Origin: Lama guanicoe
Taxonomy: Eukaryota
Assembly: GCA_013239625.1 (NCBI GenBank)
Contig: MU053365.1
Coordinates: forward strand, 372,001 to 434,000
Direction: 5' to 3'
Length of the DNA stretch: 62,000 nt
Made by a program: the position numbers and the translations under genes. This document shows, piece after piece, positions 49,790 to 62,000 of the stretch (its first letter is position 1; each line of letters begins with the position of its first letter). The notes below the pieces were generated by a model, which was given only the letters and a program-made list of their open reading frames with translations, did not search any database and had not been told where the DNA came from.

Positions 49790-50755
49790 TTTTTTCCCCC
49801 ACTTTTATTGAGATGTAATTGACATATAACATCGTGTAAGTTTAAGGTATATAACATGATGACTTGATGCACTATATTGCAAAATAATCAGCACGATAAG
49901 GTTAGTTATTCCATCACCTCACATAGTTACCTTTTTTTTTTTTTGGTCTGTGTGGTAAGAACTTTTAAGGTCTAGTCTCTCAGCAACTTTCAAGTATACA
50001 ATAGAGTATTGTTAACTAGAGTCACCACGCTGTATATTAGATCCCCAGAACTTAACTCATCTTATAACTGGAAGTTTGTACCCTTTGACACCTTCATCTA
50101 TTTCCCCACACCCCACCTCCTCTGGTAACTACTCTCTGTTTCTATGATTTTGAGTTTTTTAAGATTCCACTTATAAGTGAGATTATATAGTATTTTGACT
50201 TTGTCATATTTTACTCAGCGTAATGACCTCAAGGTTCATCTATGTTGTCACAGGTGGCAGAATTTCCTTCTTTTTTGTGTGGCTGAGAAATATTCCATTG
50301 TATATATACTCGGCCCTTGAACAACCTGGGTTTGAACTGTGTGGGGCCACTTAAATTCGGATTTTTTTCATTAAAGATGTACTGCACTACTATATGGTCC
50401 ACAGTTGGTTGAATCCCTGACTGTAAAGTTATACACGGATTTTTGACTGCATCAGAGGTTGCAGCCTCTAACCTCTGTGTTGTTCAGGGTCAACTGCATG
50501 TACATTGCATTTTCTTCATCTATTCATCTGTGGACGGACACTTAGGTTGTTTCCATGTCTTGGCTGTTGTAAATAATGCTGCAATGAACATGGAGGTGCA
50601 GCTATCTCATTGAGATAGGGATTTCATTTCCTTTGGATATATTCCCAGAAGTGGGGTTGCCGGATCACATGGTAGTTGTATTTTTAAGTTTTTGAGGAAC
50701 CCCCATATTGTTCTCCATAGTGGCTGTACCAATTTACATTCCCACCAGCAGTAAG
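49790..50755 (-). mobile_element. L1MA9-type 3' end, interrupted by a Tigger MITE
   Basis: ttttattgagatgtaattgacatataacatcgtgtaagtttaagg...ggacacttaggttgtttccatgtcttggc...accaatttacattcccaccagcag. ORF 50607..50798 encodes the L1 ORF2 remnant [41 protein letters not shown]. Confidence 0.9.
50307..50496. mobile_element. Tigger2a-like TcMar MITE nested in L1
   Basis: Terminal inverted repeats (tactcggcccttgaacaac ... gttgttcagggtcaactg), inserted at a TA-rich site. Confidence 0.75.
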
Positions 50756-53493
50756 CACGTAGAACTTTGGATTCCTGTGCAAACGGCATGAGAACCATTC
50801 ACTGTGATAATCACGTATGGTCTCCCTAAATCATCACAAAAGGGTTTGATTATGTGTGGCATTGTCTCCTGATAAGGGTACTAACACTCTTCTAACCCCT
50901 TGAAAATCATTCTCTTACATGTGGTTGTTCTGTTAACCAAATTATTTTGATTAACCAGAGTACTTCTTCCCGTGGGCCTGTCAAATATCAAAAGCAGAAA
51001 TGCCTTTTTTTTTTCAAACACAGCAATTTCGTCTTTATTATTCATTTGTTGCATTATTCTTTTTTGGGGGAATCTGAGGTATATTTAAGATTCTTGTAGC
51101 AGTAAAAATTATTTCAAGGATTCGATTTCAGAAGGCTTCACAACGTGCTTTCACTTGAAAGCCAAATCCAATTCGACGTGAAGTTTCATTACGAAGAAGC
51201 TGTTACATGTGATGACACTGGTTATTGAAAATTGAAATGAAGTGAGAGGAAGCTAACACCAATGTGTATGAGATTCTGCTTTCTTTGAATGACATAAAGA
51301 ACTCAATATATCTAATCATCTCTGCTATGCCCACTGGGAACCGAGCTCTGGTGATATTGCACCAGCTTGTTTCCTGATTGCTGGAAACCCAAGTATTAAG
51401 CCGTACGTCACTTACATCACTAGTTAGAAAGCTTTGTGTGACTGCCTGGATCCTGGGGATTGTTTCACTTTCCTTCTCTCGGTTAAAGTAAATAATGGTA
51501 ATAATCTGGGCACAAAATTCATAAAAGAGGGTCCCAAGCAGTCAGCACAGACCGACATTTTGGCTTTTCCACTTAATGTCTGAATTATTACAAACCTAGA
51601 AGTAAGCGTCAGGCACAGCACATGTGGCCAAGTTGTCTTGTGCTCCAATGAGTAGCCCTAAGCAGCGAGACTTAACAGCAACACAGCAGGAGGATCTTTT
51701 TTCTTCTTCCAGGTGGAGGTTTTGCCCGAGAGGCTCAAGGGCTAAGATACCACATATACTTTGATGAGCATTCCCTCTGCTCTGTCTCCCTCTCTTGTTC
51801 ATAAAATCATCCTTGCTGTCTTTGTCTCCCAATTCTCCCATATTCATGAAATCAAATAAGCACTTGAGTACGTTTTATTCAGTGTCCAGAGTCAATGTCA
51901 CCCCAAGGTTACCAGAGCCCCCTGATGTGTGGCTTCTCCATCAGTTTCCTCCTTCCTTTCCTCAGTCCTTGGAGGCTCAGTGTATTCTGTCTCTAATATT
52001 CTCAGTTTCCACTTGGTGGAGTTTGGGAGCTGGGGGACATTTCTGAATCTGGGTCTCCTGTTTAGTTGTGCTGCACTGCGCTGTCAAGATAACTCTGGAT
52101 TCTTTTTATAATTAAAAAAGTCAACAAGCAGGAAATGACTGATGGATGAACCATGCAGACAAAGACAGTGTGAGAGCTTCCCCCTCAGTATTAGCGTCCT
52201 TTCTCCTCTCCCGCTACCCTCCAGAATTCTGCTCTGTCATCAATCCGAGATCTTCAACATCCCAGATCTCTGTGCAAAATTGTTTTCTGATAAGCGTTTC
52301 AAGTGCAAACTACAGTGAGTCCTGCCACTACTAGTAAAACATATAATGTGTATGTTAAAAGCTATCATTTGATTACCGATCTGTTAGTCAATAAGTTCCC
52401 CAAACAATCCAAAGTAAATTTCCCTGATCTATCTCGTTGTTTTACCCTGCCTGAAGGATTGTAATGAATGTCCTGCCTGAATGAACAGAAAGATTGGGAC
52501 TCGAACATCACCAGCTGAAGAACATGCCACGGGCACCAGAAACCAGTTTGTCCCGTGCAAAGTTTCCTCTGGAGTATGTTCCTCATTCAGTGATGATTTT
52601 CCAATAAAATCAGCCTCGATTTTTGCAAGCCTAAGAGCAATCCCCGAGGGAGGAGATCACACAATTCAATTTGAGGAAATGCTGCGTGAGGCAAAATGAA
52701 CCTTGGAGCAGTGTTATTTCACAAAACGTGGTCTTGCTTTTTACTTTCTTTCAGACACATTGATATAAAAGGAGGCACTTGGTTTTTAAAACTTCACCAG
52801 CTGAGATGTGAGCAAAGGATTTAATTGCTTACATATTCATGAAAATAACATGAAATGAACAAAGGTTTGTTTGGTTCTACTGCTCCATGGAGTGACTGCC
52901 TACACCCTTGTGGCTGGAAATGCCTGTGACTCAGTATCATGCTTTGCTTGTAGAGCAGCTCCCTTAGAGCTGCCCACTTTGGTGCCAGCCTATTTCTTGG
53001 GCTATCAGCCAATAGGGAAAGTGACCAAAGGCTTCTGCATGCTGTGGCCGTAAGTATGGTGGGAAGGAGGAAGCGGACATCAGGTGCTTCTCAGACTCCC
53101 TGGCGCTGAGGAAAGAGGGCAAGGGTGCATGTTTTGGCACTGGCTGCTGTGTGTCTGATCCTGCCAGTTTCTGAGCATCAAGATGACCTTTCAAAAACAG
53201 GAAATCTCACGTGTTGTCAGCTGTTAACTGAATGGCCTCTCTGTCTCCTTGTCCCACAGTGACAAAAATGTGTCTTCTGCCATTCTTGAAGATGCTTACT
53301 GAAGTCAAACACAATTGCCCAAGCATCAGCTCACCCACAGAAAGACTGACATCTTCCCCCGGTGCCTTCCTGTCAACATCAAGAGTGGGGCTATATCCTG
53401 AGTAGGAAAGTGGGTAGAGACCAGAGGTATCATCTGTGAGGTGACATTCTAGCTCTATAAAGACAGGAAAGTGAACTTTAAAATGCCTCAGAA

Positions 53494-54136
53494 ACCATAT
53501 GATCCAGCAATCCCACTCCTGGGCATACATCCAGAGGGAACTCTAATTCGAAAACACACCTGCACCCCTGTGTTCACAGCAGCACTATTTACAATAGCCA
53601 AGACATGGAAACAGCCTAAATGTCTATCGACAGATGACTGGATAAAGAAGTGGTGGTATATTTATACAATGGAAAACTACTCAGCCATGAAAAGAATGAA
53701 ATAATGCCATTTGCAGCAGCACAGATAGGCCTAAAGATTATCATACTAATTGAAACACGTCAGAAAAAGACAAATTCCATATGAAATCACTTATATGTGA
53801 AATCTTAAAAAATGACACAAGTGAACTTATTTACAAAACAGAAATCAACTTACAGACGTAGAAAACAAACTTACAGTTACTAGGGAGGAACAGGGTGGGA
53901 AGGGATAAATTGGGAGTTCGAGATTTGCAGATACAGAATACTATGTATAAACTAGATAAATAACAAGTTTGTACTGTATAGCACAGGGAACTATATTCAA
54001 TATCTTGTAGTAACCTATGATGAAAAGGAATATGAAAATGAATATATGTACATATACGTAGGACTGAAACTTTATGCCTCACACCAGAAATTGACACAGC
54101 ATTGTAAACTGACTATATGTCAATTAAAAAAAAATA
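53494..54136 (+). mobile_element. Lineage-specific L1 3' end (ORF2 C-terminus plus 3' UTR)
   Basis: ORF 53471..53704 encodes PYDPAIPLLGIHP...[38 protein letters not shown] (L1 ORF2 C-terminus). A-rich tail at about 54126. Confidence 0.92.
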
Positions 54137-54339
54137 AGCTGAAATGCCAATATGGAATACAGACTCCGAAAAGAAAGCTTGGTTCCTTTCTAGGAAAAGT
54201 TACTAAGTCCCACGAGGGCTATCAAATTGTTCAGTGATTGTCCAAAGAGCAGTGCAAAATCAGGCTGACTCCGAGGCGAAACTCCCACTCCTACTGAACT
54301 GGGAAAGTGGAACTTCAAAGTCATACCGTTAGATGCTTG

Positions 54340-54630
54340 CACTCACTCATCAACCAGCACTGAGCTCCCACTGTATGCCAGGTGCTATTTGCGGTGCTAG
54401 GGTTACAGCAGTGAATACCAAAGCTCCCATTCATATGGACGTTGCATTCTTGTGGGAGGTGATGCTTCAAAGCATAGATAGATGAGAGCTAAATAGATAG
54501 ATCGACCTGACAGACAGACGGATGGATAGACATGGTATGCTAATAATTGCTAAAGAGAAAAAATAAAGTAGGGTAAAGAGGATGGGAGTCTATATGTCAG
54601 AGGGGTTGCTATTTTGTATGGGGTGGCTGC
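54340..54630 (-). mobile_element. L2 3' fragment
   Basis: cactcactcatcaaccagcactgagctcccactgtatgccaggtgcta...acagcagtgaata. Confidence 0.6.
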
Positions 54631-55662
54631 CCAATGCTGTTGCTCTTGCTTTACAGAGCCTTTATGAAATTCCTCTTCAGGGCATCCATAGTCCACAGGA
54701 GACAATCACAAATATCTTGAAACGCTATCACATTGATGGCCTTGATTAACCACTTTTTCAACATCTGTGACTCGAGATCACTGTCTTGGACGAGTTTTCA
54801 AAAGTCAAACTCAAATTTAAAGGTCCACCACCCATCACTAGGGTCCAGCAGTAGAACTGCACACATGTGAAACTCTCCGAGAGAGGCTCTCCTGACAGCC
54901 TCTGCTCCACAAGGGCCTCACTGCAGAGGGGCCTGGCTGTGGTCAGCTCCATTATTACAGGGCAGCCCTCTTCGGGGTGGATTTAAAGACATGGAGCATC
55001 TTCTAGCTGTATCATATATGAAAACCGATGTTTCTGTTGTGCTAGGAAATAGTAGGGTCTCCCATTTCCTTGAAACATCCTGCTCTACAATCTTGTTTCA
55101 ATCACATCGAATCCACCGTGGGAAGTAGGTGGGGTTTACATTATATATGAATGCACATACAAGGGCAGAGAGTGCGTAAACCCGTCTACACAGCCCTTTA
55201 AAGCAAGTCTGCTAGCGCATTTCACTTGCTTAGTAAACCCCTGCATCGTGATTTGAAGCCAGTTAAACTTTCACTTAACCACAGAGGGTCACATGTCTCC
55301 AGCTGGTGACAGACGACGAAGGTGTGCTTCTCTGTGTAGATGTTATTATTAACAGATTCCTGGCAATGCCCCCTACACGGTTTGATAAGGCAGAGACGAT
55401 GGGTGTGGATGAGCCCGTTGGCTGCCTGCGGCTTGTCCTGCCGAGTAACTCACAGGGCTTCCACGGAGCTAGACAGCCGTATACTCCCTGAAGCTGCTAA
55501 CAATATAGGCAAAAAGCTACAGGAGTTTTCTGAAATATTTTCCCCAACTACGTGGACCCCACTTGTGGGAACGTGGTGCTGAGAGAAGGAGGAAAGCAGT
55601 CAAAATATTAGGAGGTGGTCAGGACCGAGAAATGGACTCGGAGAAAAGATTTGAGAACTTCT

Positions 55663-55833
55663 CGGGGGCGGGGCCGAGATGGCTGAGTAGCAGGATGCCT
55701 AGCTCACCCTTTCCCATGAATACAGCAAAATCTACACCCACATACAGAGCAAATTATGCAGAATATCTACGGAACTTTGGCAGGATAGCTCTTACATCAG
55801 AAATACAAGGAAATCCTCACAAAAAAAGAGAGA
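55663..55833 (+). mobile_element. L1 5'-UTR-only retro-insertion with A-rich tail and 10-bp TSD
   Basis: GGGGGCGGGGCCGAGATGGCTGAGTAGCAGGATGCCTAGCTCACCCTTTCCCATGAATACAGCAAAATCTACA resembles the extreme 5' end of laurasiatherian L1. TSD gagaacttct (55653-55662 and 55834-55843). Confidence 0.7.
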
Positions 55834-58304
55834 GAGAACTTCTTCGGTTTTGCCTGCCTCCGCACCTGCCCCTCCCCATCACCAGCAACAATTCTATCCT
55901 GGATGTAAATTACCACGGAGCATGAGGGTATATCGATGTATGGAGTCTATAAATGTGTGCGCCTGTAAAAACTGGATTATAACGAAATGTAATCTACCGC
56001 CATGTTGTTAATTCTACAAATGGAAACATTTTCCTGTGGAAGAATGATTTACTGTTTTTTTAAATGTTGGCTCTCTAGATAACTGCTGTTGGTTTAGGCA
56101 AACGCTTTAATAAAGCAGAAACCATTTGTTCTCTGCTCCAGTCCCTGGCCGAAGTGAGTCATTTCTCTAGTTCTCAGTCCCCTCTAAACTAGTCGTCAAC
56201 TAAATAACTTATGAGCGCAGGCTCCTGCCTTTGAATAGGTTCTGCGGCAGACGGAGGATGGATTTACTCTTTGGAGCCCTGCGTGTAGTTACCACAGGGG
56301 GCGTGCATCTTTTCCCTAGAAATAAAAAATAGCCCTACTGTGCTTACATTTGTGGATGATAAAAATATACTCAGGAAGAGTTTTTATGTCTGCAGAACGA
56401 ATTCAGAAAATGAAGCTAGAATAATAGTGTTATGGGTCATGCCTACCTGAAATACTGTGCCTTAGTGTAGCTGAGATGTTTGAATAATGTGAAAGGAACT
56501 ATATGAAAGTAAAATTTGGTAAAATGTAAGAAACAACCAAGGGTCAGTAAAGCCCCAAGGGAACAGCTGGATGCTCAGAGCAGCCCCACGTGAGCGGAGA
56601 TTTACATAAAAGTCCTCAGAGAAGGATTGGCCAGACGCAATCAGAAAGGATTTGACGTCTACTTCTCTGCAAACACTTCTAAAAGGGTGCCTTATAATCC
56701 ACCCCGAACTCTCACCTTTAACTTTCTAGAACAAAGGAATCCTTTTAAGCATTTTCTTAGTTTGGTCTATACCGCATGACTCTCCTGTTCATGTCAAAAG
56801 CAGGGCCCGAGGCTTCGGCGGCGTGGTGCTCCCGGTAAACTTGGTATTTCCTGCCCCTTCTCCTTAGCTGCCTCGACCTACCAGACATTGCTCGCAACAC
56901 ATCTGCTTTCGTCCCGTCATGCCTTTTGCAAGTGCTGTTCTCTCTGGAACGGCTTCACCCCCACTGTTCCCTGGGACGCCTGCTGAGCTAGGGAGAGCCT
57001 CCCCCAAGCAGGTGCTCACTCCTGCATCCGAGCCTCGTAGGATGCTGAGCATGCTTCAGTTGCAGAGCCTGTCTATTCTGTAGTGCAATGATGTGTCCGT
57101 GTCCTACCAGAGACTTTCAGGGCAGAAACTTTCCCTAACTCATCTCCCTATCAACTGAGCCTGGCACATGGTAGGTGCAAGATTCATGTTTGTTAAAAGA
57201 ACACCTGTTTATGACTTGTTGGAACTTCTAGCAGCTCAGAGTCAGCTATGTGATTCTGAGTTTTCAATGGTTTTCTGAAAGATAGCTGAATGGTAATGCT
57301 GAAATAAAATTCTAGGTGTAACTCTTACGTATCAAAAACTTGTGTGACTTGTGTGAATGGATTAAACAAACTCATCCATTCTTGTCTAAGCAGCAAATGC
57401 TAGTAAGAAGCACAGAGTTAGAAAGCAACACCATACCGTATGAAGTACCAGATAAAGAGGTATTTTATAAATATTGTTGCTTTAAAAGTTTGATTTCCTT
57501 TAAAATGGTTTGACAGTGCACATAATGGAAGTTGGCATAACTGTTTAAGTGCACGCACACTTGCTGATTCATTCATTTTTGAAGCATTTGTTGCCATATC
57601 CTAAGGAACCAAACTGTTACAGCAAGTTAGACAATATGACTTTTACAGCCGACAACAAATGTATAGGTGTGGCAGGTGACCGCGTGTGTCCTAAGCCCTG
57701 CTGAGAACAAGGCGGGGAGCTCGAAGCGGAGAGAGTTCCTGGAAGCTCGGGGCTCTGGGCAGTGTGCTCCCTGGGTCTCAGCTGTCTCCCCTGAGACTGC
57801 CTGGATGATGCAACAGCAATTAGCAAGGAGCAGGAGAGGGTCCAGAAACCGGTGCGAGTTCCACCAGCTGTGAAGATGACTGCTAGAACCGTCTGCATCC
57901 GATTATAGCTATCTGGACAACATGAAGAGCACAGTTTATTTTATGCAGCTGTTTAGAAAGAGGTTTTATTGTTATCTTTCCTTTAACTACCCTTAAAAGG
58001 GCCGAAGTCGATTAGAGTTGACTAGATTTTAGTTGACATCATAGGGGGCACACTGGGGACTGCTGGCTTCAGGAATCTCATTCCAGGGACCTAACCCTAA
58101 TTGCCCCTTCCCCTCATTGAGAACTGCCCCTCAGGACATCCACAGATGACAGAAGTCATTAAGAGTGGGACGCTGTCGACGAGACACAGGAGGAATTCTA
58201 TCATTTCTGACATGGGGGATTTCTTTCCTTCCCATGATTGAATTTTAAAATTATCTGCTCACCTCAAATACAATTATTAGAGACTAGGCATAAGTTATCA
58301 CGTC

Positions 58305-58640
58305 CTACGGTTCTCAAACTACCTACGGAGACCAGGTCTCCACGTGATCACTTTATTTCACATGGACTGGAGAATCGGAGTCTGTGTCTCACGAAACACT
58401 ATGACAGATAAAGACGCCTTCTGCTCAAACACATTTGGGAAGCCTCGGGGGAGAAACGAAGTTCAGTCGGCCCCTTTCTACATGACCTCTGTGAGCCTGC
58501 ATTATTCACCTGTGTGCAGAGGTGCCCCAGGAAAGGGAGGCGATGCTGTGTGTCAAAGATCCACGGAGCTGGAGAATTTTGTGCCTAAAGGAGAGAATCC
58601 CACAGGACTTATGTTCAGCAGAGCACAGTCCACAATCTGC
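58305..58640. mobile_element. Degenerate Charlie4/MER113-like hAT fragment
   Basis: ggttctcaaact...caaacacatttgggaagcc...gttcagcagagcacag. Confidence 0.35.
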
Positions 58641-59299
58641 TGCCTCATCACTCTGAGACGACGTGGAGGTCACAGCGATGTTCCGCATGTCTGTGATAGG
58701 CATGTGTCTGAGAGCATCAAAGAAATATGGACTCCAATCACAGAATCACCTGTGGCCGTAAAGGGTCATCTACAAGGCTCAACCCAGCATCCTTGGAGCC
58801 ACACTAATCTATCCAGTGTATCTCATTAAAACTCTAATGATGTGGCTTGTCCCTCATTTCGTGAATGCACAAGGCAGAAATTAACGGGAAAGGCATTGTG
58901 TGGGTGTGCATATGTGCATGTGTGTCTACAAATACAGGTATTATATGTTTGTCATGTACGCATACGCTTGTATGTGTCTGCATCCAACTTTAACATCGAA
59001 TATCTCCTAAAAGAAGCATAATTATACAACAAAATTTCAAGCTCTGGTTTTGTTCCAGAGGTGGAAGAACCACATAAATAATCTAGCCAAGGGCTGTAGA
59101 AAGAAAGGAACACCTTCAGTGTCATACCACTAGTGAGGGTTGGATTCAGGACTGGACCCCAGGTCCAAGAGCTCCTTGTGCACATGTCATAATCAGTGGA
59201 CTCACTGGTGATGCGCAGTAACATGTCAGAGCTCTTCAGTGCTCTCTGACTCCACCAACCTTACCTCTTCTATCTGGATAAGCCCAGAGGGCCCTAAGC

Positions 59300-59685
59300 C
59301 ATCATTTGCTTCTGTGTCTCAGTTGCCAGCCCATCCTTTCACTGCCTGCCACCTCAGCACCAGCTCTGAGACCAGCCGTCTTTAGACTGCAGGTGCTCAT
59401 GTCTCTTCCCCCGCCCCTCCCCCACTGTCTCCAACAGTGAGAACTACAAGCGCCGTCTGTCCTCAGAGCGTCCCTCGGACTTTTATCTGGTCCCCACTTA
59501 ACACACATCTCTCTCTCTATCTTGTATTTAGTTCTTTACAAACCGATGTTATTGTTCCTCCTGGACTCCAAACTCCTCGAGGGTAAGACCCGTGTCAGAT
59601 TTATTTTGAATTCCCTCAGCATCTGTCAGAGTTCCCGGAATGCTGTAGCTCCTCAATAAATATTCATTGGATGAATAAATGAATA
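59300..59685 (+). mobile_element. L2 3' fragment
   Basis: ...aaactcctcgagggtaagacccgtgtc...ctcaataaatattcattggatgaataaatgaa. Confidence 0.6.
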
Positions 59686-60960
59686 ATGCACAGACATCAC
59701 GGTCAGGAAAATCTTTGTGGCTATTTGTCATTTTCAATAATGAAATCACCGTATCTATAAGATGGATCAGTTCCTAAAGAAAGCTGTAATTTCCTAAGCA
59801 GAGTGGTTTCTGATCCTGATTTGTGAAAGACAACCATCATGTTGCTGAACGTTGCTAAAGTGTAAAAACAAGGAAGAATTTGATGCTTGACAACTGCTTG
59901 CTCCCTCCTCTGTCTTTCTCTCTCTCTCTCTTTTTTGGTAACAGATGTCAACCTCGGTTAGATTCAACTCAACTTATTAGTGCATGGCTTTTAGCCAAAA
60001 GCAATTCACATTTGCAGAAGTGTACTATCACATATGTCTTAATAACAGAAATGTGTTCTTAAAAAAAATGTATGTGATAAGTCACATATGGTAAAAGAAA
60101 TCTGTACATCTCTCAGGCCTTGTTGCCACAATGAAAGCTTGCAGATAACTGCCGCAGAACATTAACATACAAGCGAAAGCCTCGCTGCCACATTAAAGAG
60201 GCACAGTTTGAACATACTAATCAAGCTTTGATACTGGCATGGTTCCAACAGACTGAGAGGCATCTCTCGTCCTGATCAGTGATCTTAAGAATGTTCAATT
60301 TTGATTCTTACCCTCAGGGGTAATATCTAATGTTTCAAGGTAAAGTCATTAGTGATCCAGGTACATTATGTGCTTACAGTCACTAAGCATATATTTAATT
60401 TCTCTTTTATATATGGAATGTAATTAATGTGTACCACAGTCTCCCTATGGTGATAAAAGAAGCTTACAACCATGAAGGTATTAAAAATAAACAAGTGGTT
60501 GGGAAACAAGGAGGGGAAGGTGAACCTTTAGAGAAGAAAATACACAAACTGAATAATATTGTGACTCATTTACCATCACTTGAATTAAAAGCTTCCTCAG
60601 CCTGAGTTAGATCTTGGGAAGTAACAGAGTTTTAGAAAATGCATAGGCCTTTTGCAATATATCCATCTGCACACAACTTGGAAGACTAGCCATGTGCTGT
60701 AGCTGTGTGTTCCCTGGTTTCTGAGGCATCACTGCCCCATCAATGACTCTCAGAGCCATAATGATTTTCAAAGATCTGCATTCAGAGCGCGCTCTGTGCT
60801 CCGAAAGAGAATGAGGTGGTACGTCAGCCCCAGAAAGTCCTGAACACAAGACAAGGGCTCAGTAGTTACCAACTCAGTGTTTTAGAGGAAGGGCTGATCG
60901 TTTGCCCTTCAGTCATGGAAAAGCTTACATCTAGTCCTTTTTCTAACTGACCAAGCAGAG

Positions 60961-61204
60961 CAGTGGTCAGCGAACGTTTTCTGCAAGGGGCCAGAGAGTA
61001 AGTATTTTTGGCTCTCTGGTTGTACAGTCTCACGTCTGCCACTGTAGCACAAAAGGAGCCCCAGATGACATGGAAACAAATGAGTGTAGCTGTGTGCCAA
61101 TAAAATTTCTTTTATAGACACTGAAATTTGAATTTCATATAATTTTCACATGTCATGAAATATCCTTCTTTTGATTCTTTTCCCCAACCATTTGCCAAAC
61201 TCTG
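60961..61204 (+). mobile_element. MER58B-like hAT MITE, internally deleted near the 3' end
   Basis: cagtggtcagcgaacgttttctgcaaggggccagagagtaagtattttt...gtgccaataaaa...actgaaatttgaatttcatataattttcac...tttgccaaactctg. Confidence 0.8.
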
Positions 61205-62000
61205 CACCAGAGGATGACATCCAACCACACATAATGATCATCTGTACCAATCTGTGTTCATAGTGGAGTTGTAAACGATGCCTCCAGACCTCTACTTTCC
61301 CAGCAAGGCTGTGCACGCTTTCCCGTGTGCGCCCATGCAAACAAATCGCATGTTAATTCATGTATACAAGATCAAGCCAGTAACTGGTCAGAGTCAAAGC
61401 AGCTAGTATGAACCAGAGCAACGTGGGAACATTTTACATGTGACATGAGTCAAAATAAGAGACTGGACAACGTGGTCACGATACACCAGCCCCTCTGATC
61501 TGACATTTGACTAGGGTAGCTACCGGTCTTACTAAGCCTCCAGGCCAGGTTCCTGAAAGGATGGTTTTCTGGGATGTGTCCAATTTGTTTACTTGTTCAT
61601 TCCCTCAGATAACATGTATCGAACCCTGACTCTATTTGGGGTCCCAGGGCACCATGTCTAACTGAAATTCTCTGGCAGATATCAGAAATGGAAGGAAAAG
61701 CATTATCTATAAGACTTTGGGAAACCCCACTTCTGCTTTGCTGTCAGGCCGTGTAACTGAACCATGCTCTGGAATTCCTGTCCCTGAGCTGAGGTCTTGA
61801 AGAAGCTCCTCTTCTTAAAGTGATGCTTGTGGCAGGCCAGTGAGTCAGGTATCAGGTGTTAGGTATCAAATACAACAGGTCACTCAAACTCATACTAAGA
61901 GCAGTATCTTATTTAATTAGAAGACGATTCTAAACACCTACCAGTTGGTTGTGACTTGGATTGATTATTAGACAGATTTGCAAGCATATTTAAAAGTAAA

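Larger units (their letters stand above)
16093..62000 (-). other. AFF2: AFF2 large intron upstream of exon ~10 (partial, over 45 kb)
   Basis: The preceding short exon (AVEKAKPRNNPV in human) was not found in the window. The region is repeat-rich with no convincing ORF. Confidence 0.8.

Noticed and set aside
58344..58829. 161-aa plus-strand ORF
   Set aside because: GTG start, overlaps a decayed hAT element, and no protein-like features.

Overview
Mammalian genomic DNA, most likely a camelid (three tRNA-derived SINEs resembling the camelid vic-1 family). The whole window lies inside the AFF2 (FMR2, AF4/FMR2 family member 2) gene on the minus strand. Seven internal coding exons can be placed to the base from GT-AG sites and phase continuity: 15933-16092, 12929-13936, 12260-12381, 8489-8711, 5574-5869, 4936-4999 and 1615-1751. 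They total 2010 nt of open frame and correspond to exons 10-16 in my recollection of human numbering. Everything from 16093 to 62000 is one large intron with ordinary mammalian repeats (L1, L2, CR1/L3, MIR, hAT and Tigger MITEs, a MaLR LTR). I see no prokaryotic-type system, CRISPR array or second protein-coding gene, and no evidence of a wholly new biological system. The most notable observations are: (i) a ~170-bp insertion made only of an L1 5' end with its own A-rich tail and TSD; (ii) a TSD-flanked chimeric retro-insertion; (iii) an apparent AT-to-GC drift in repeats and in the AFF2 protein, suggestive of GC-biased gene conversion; (iv) a lengthened Thr/Ala coding repeat; (v) a tandem splice donor; and (vi) candidate CTCF sites and enhancers. 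Repeat family names and human comparisons come from memory and need confirming by alignment.
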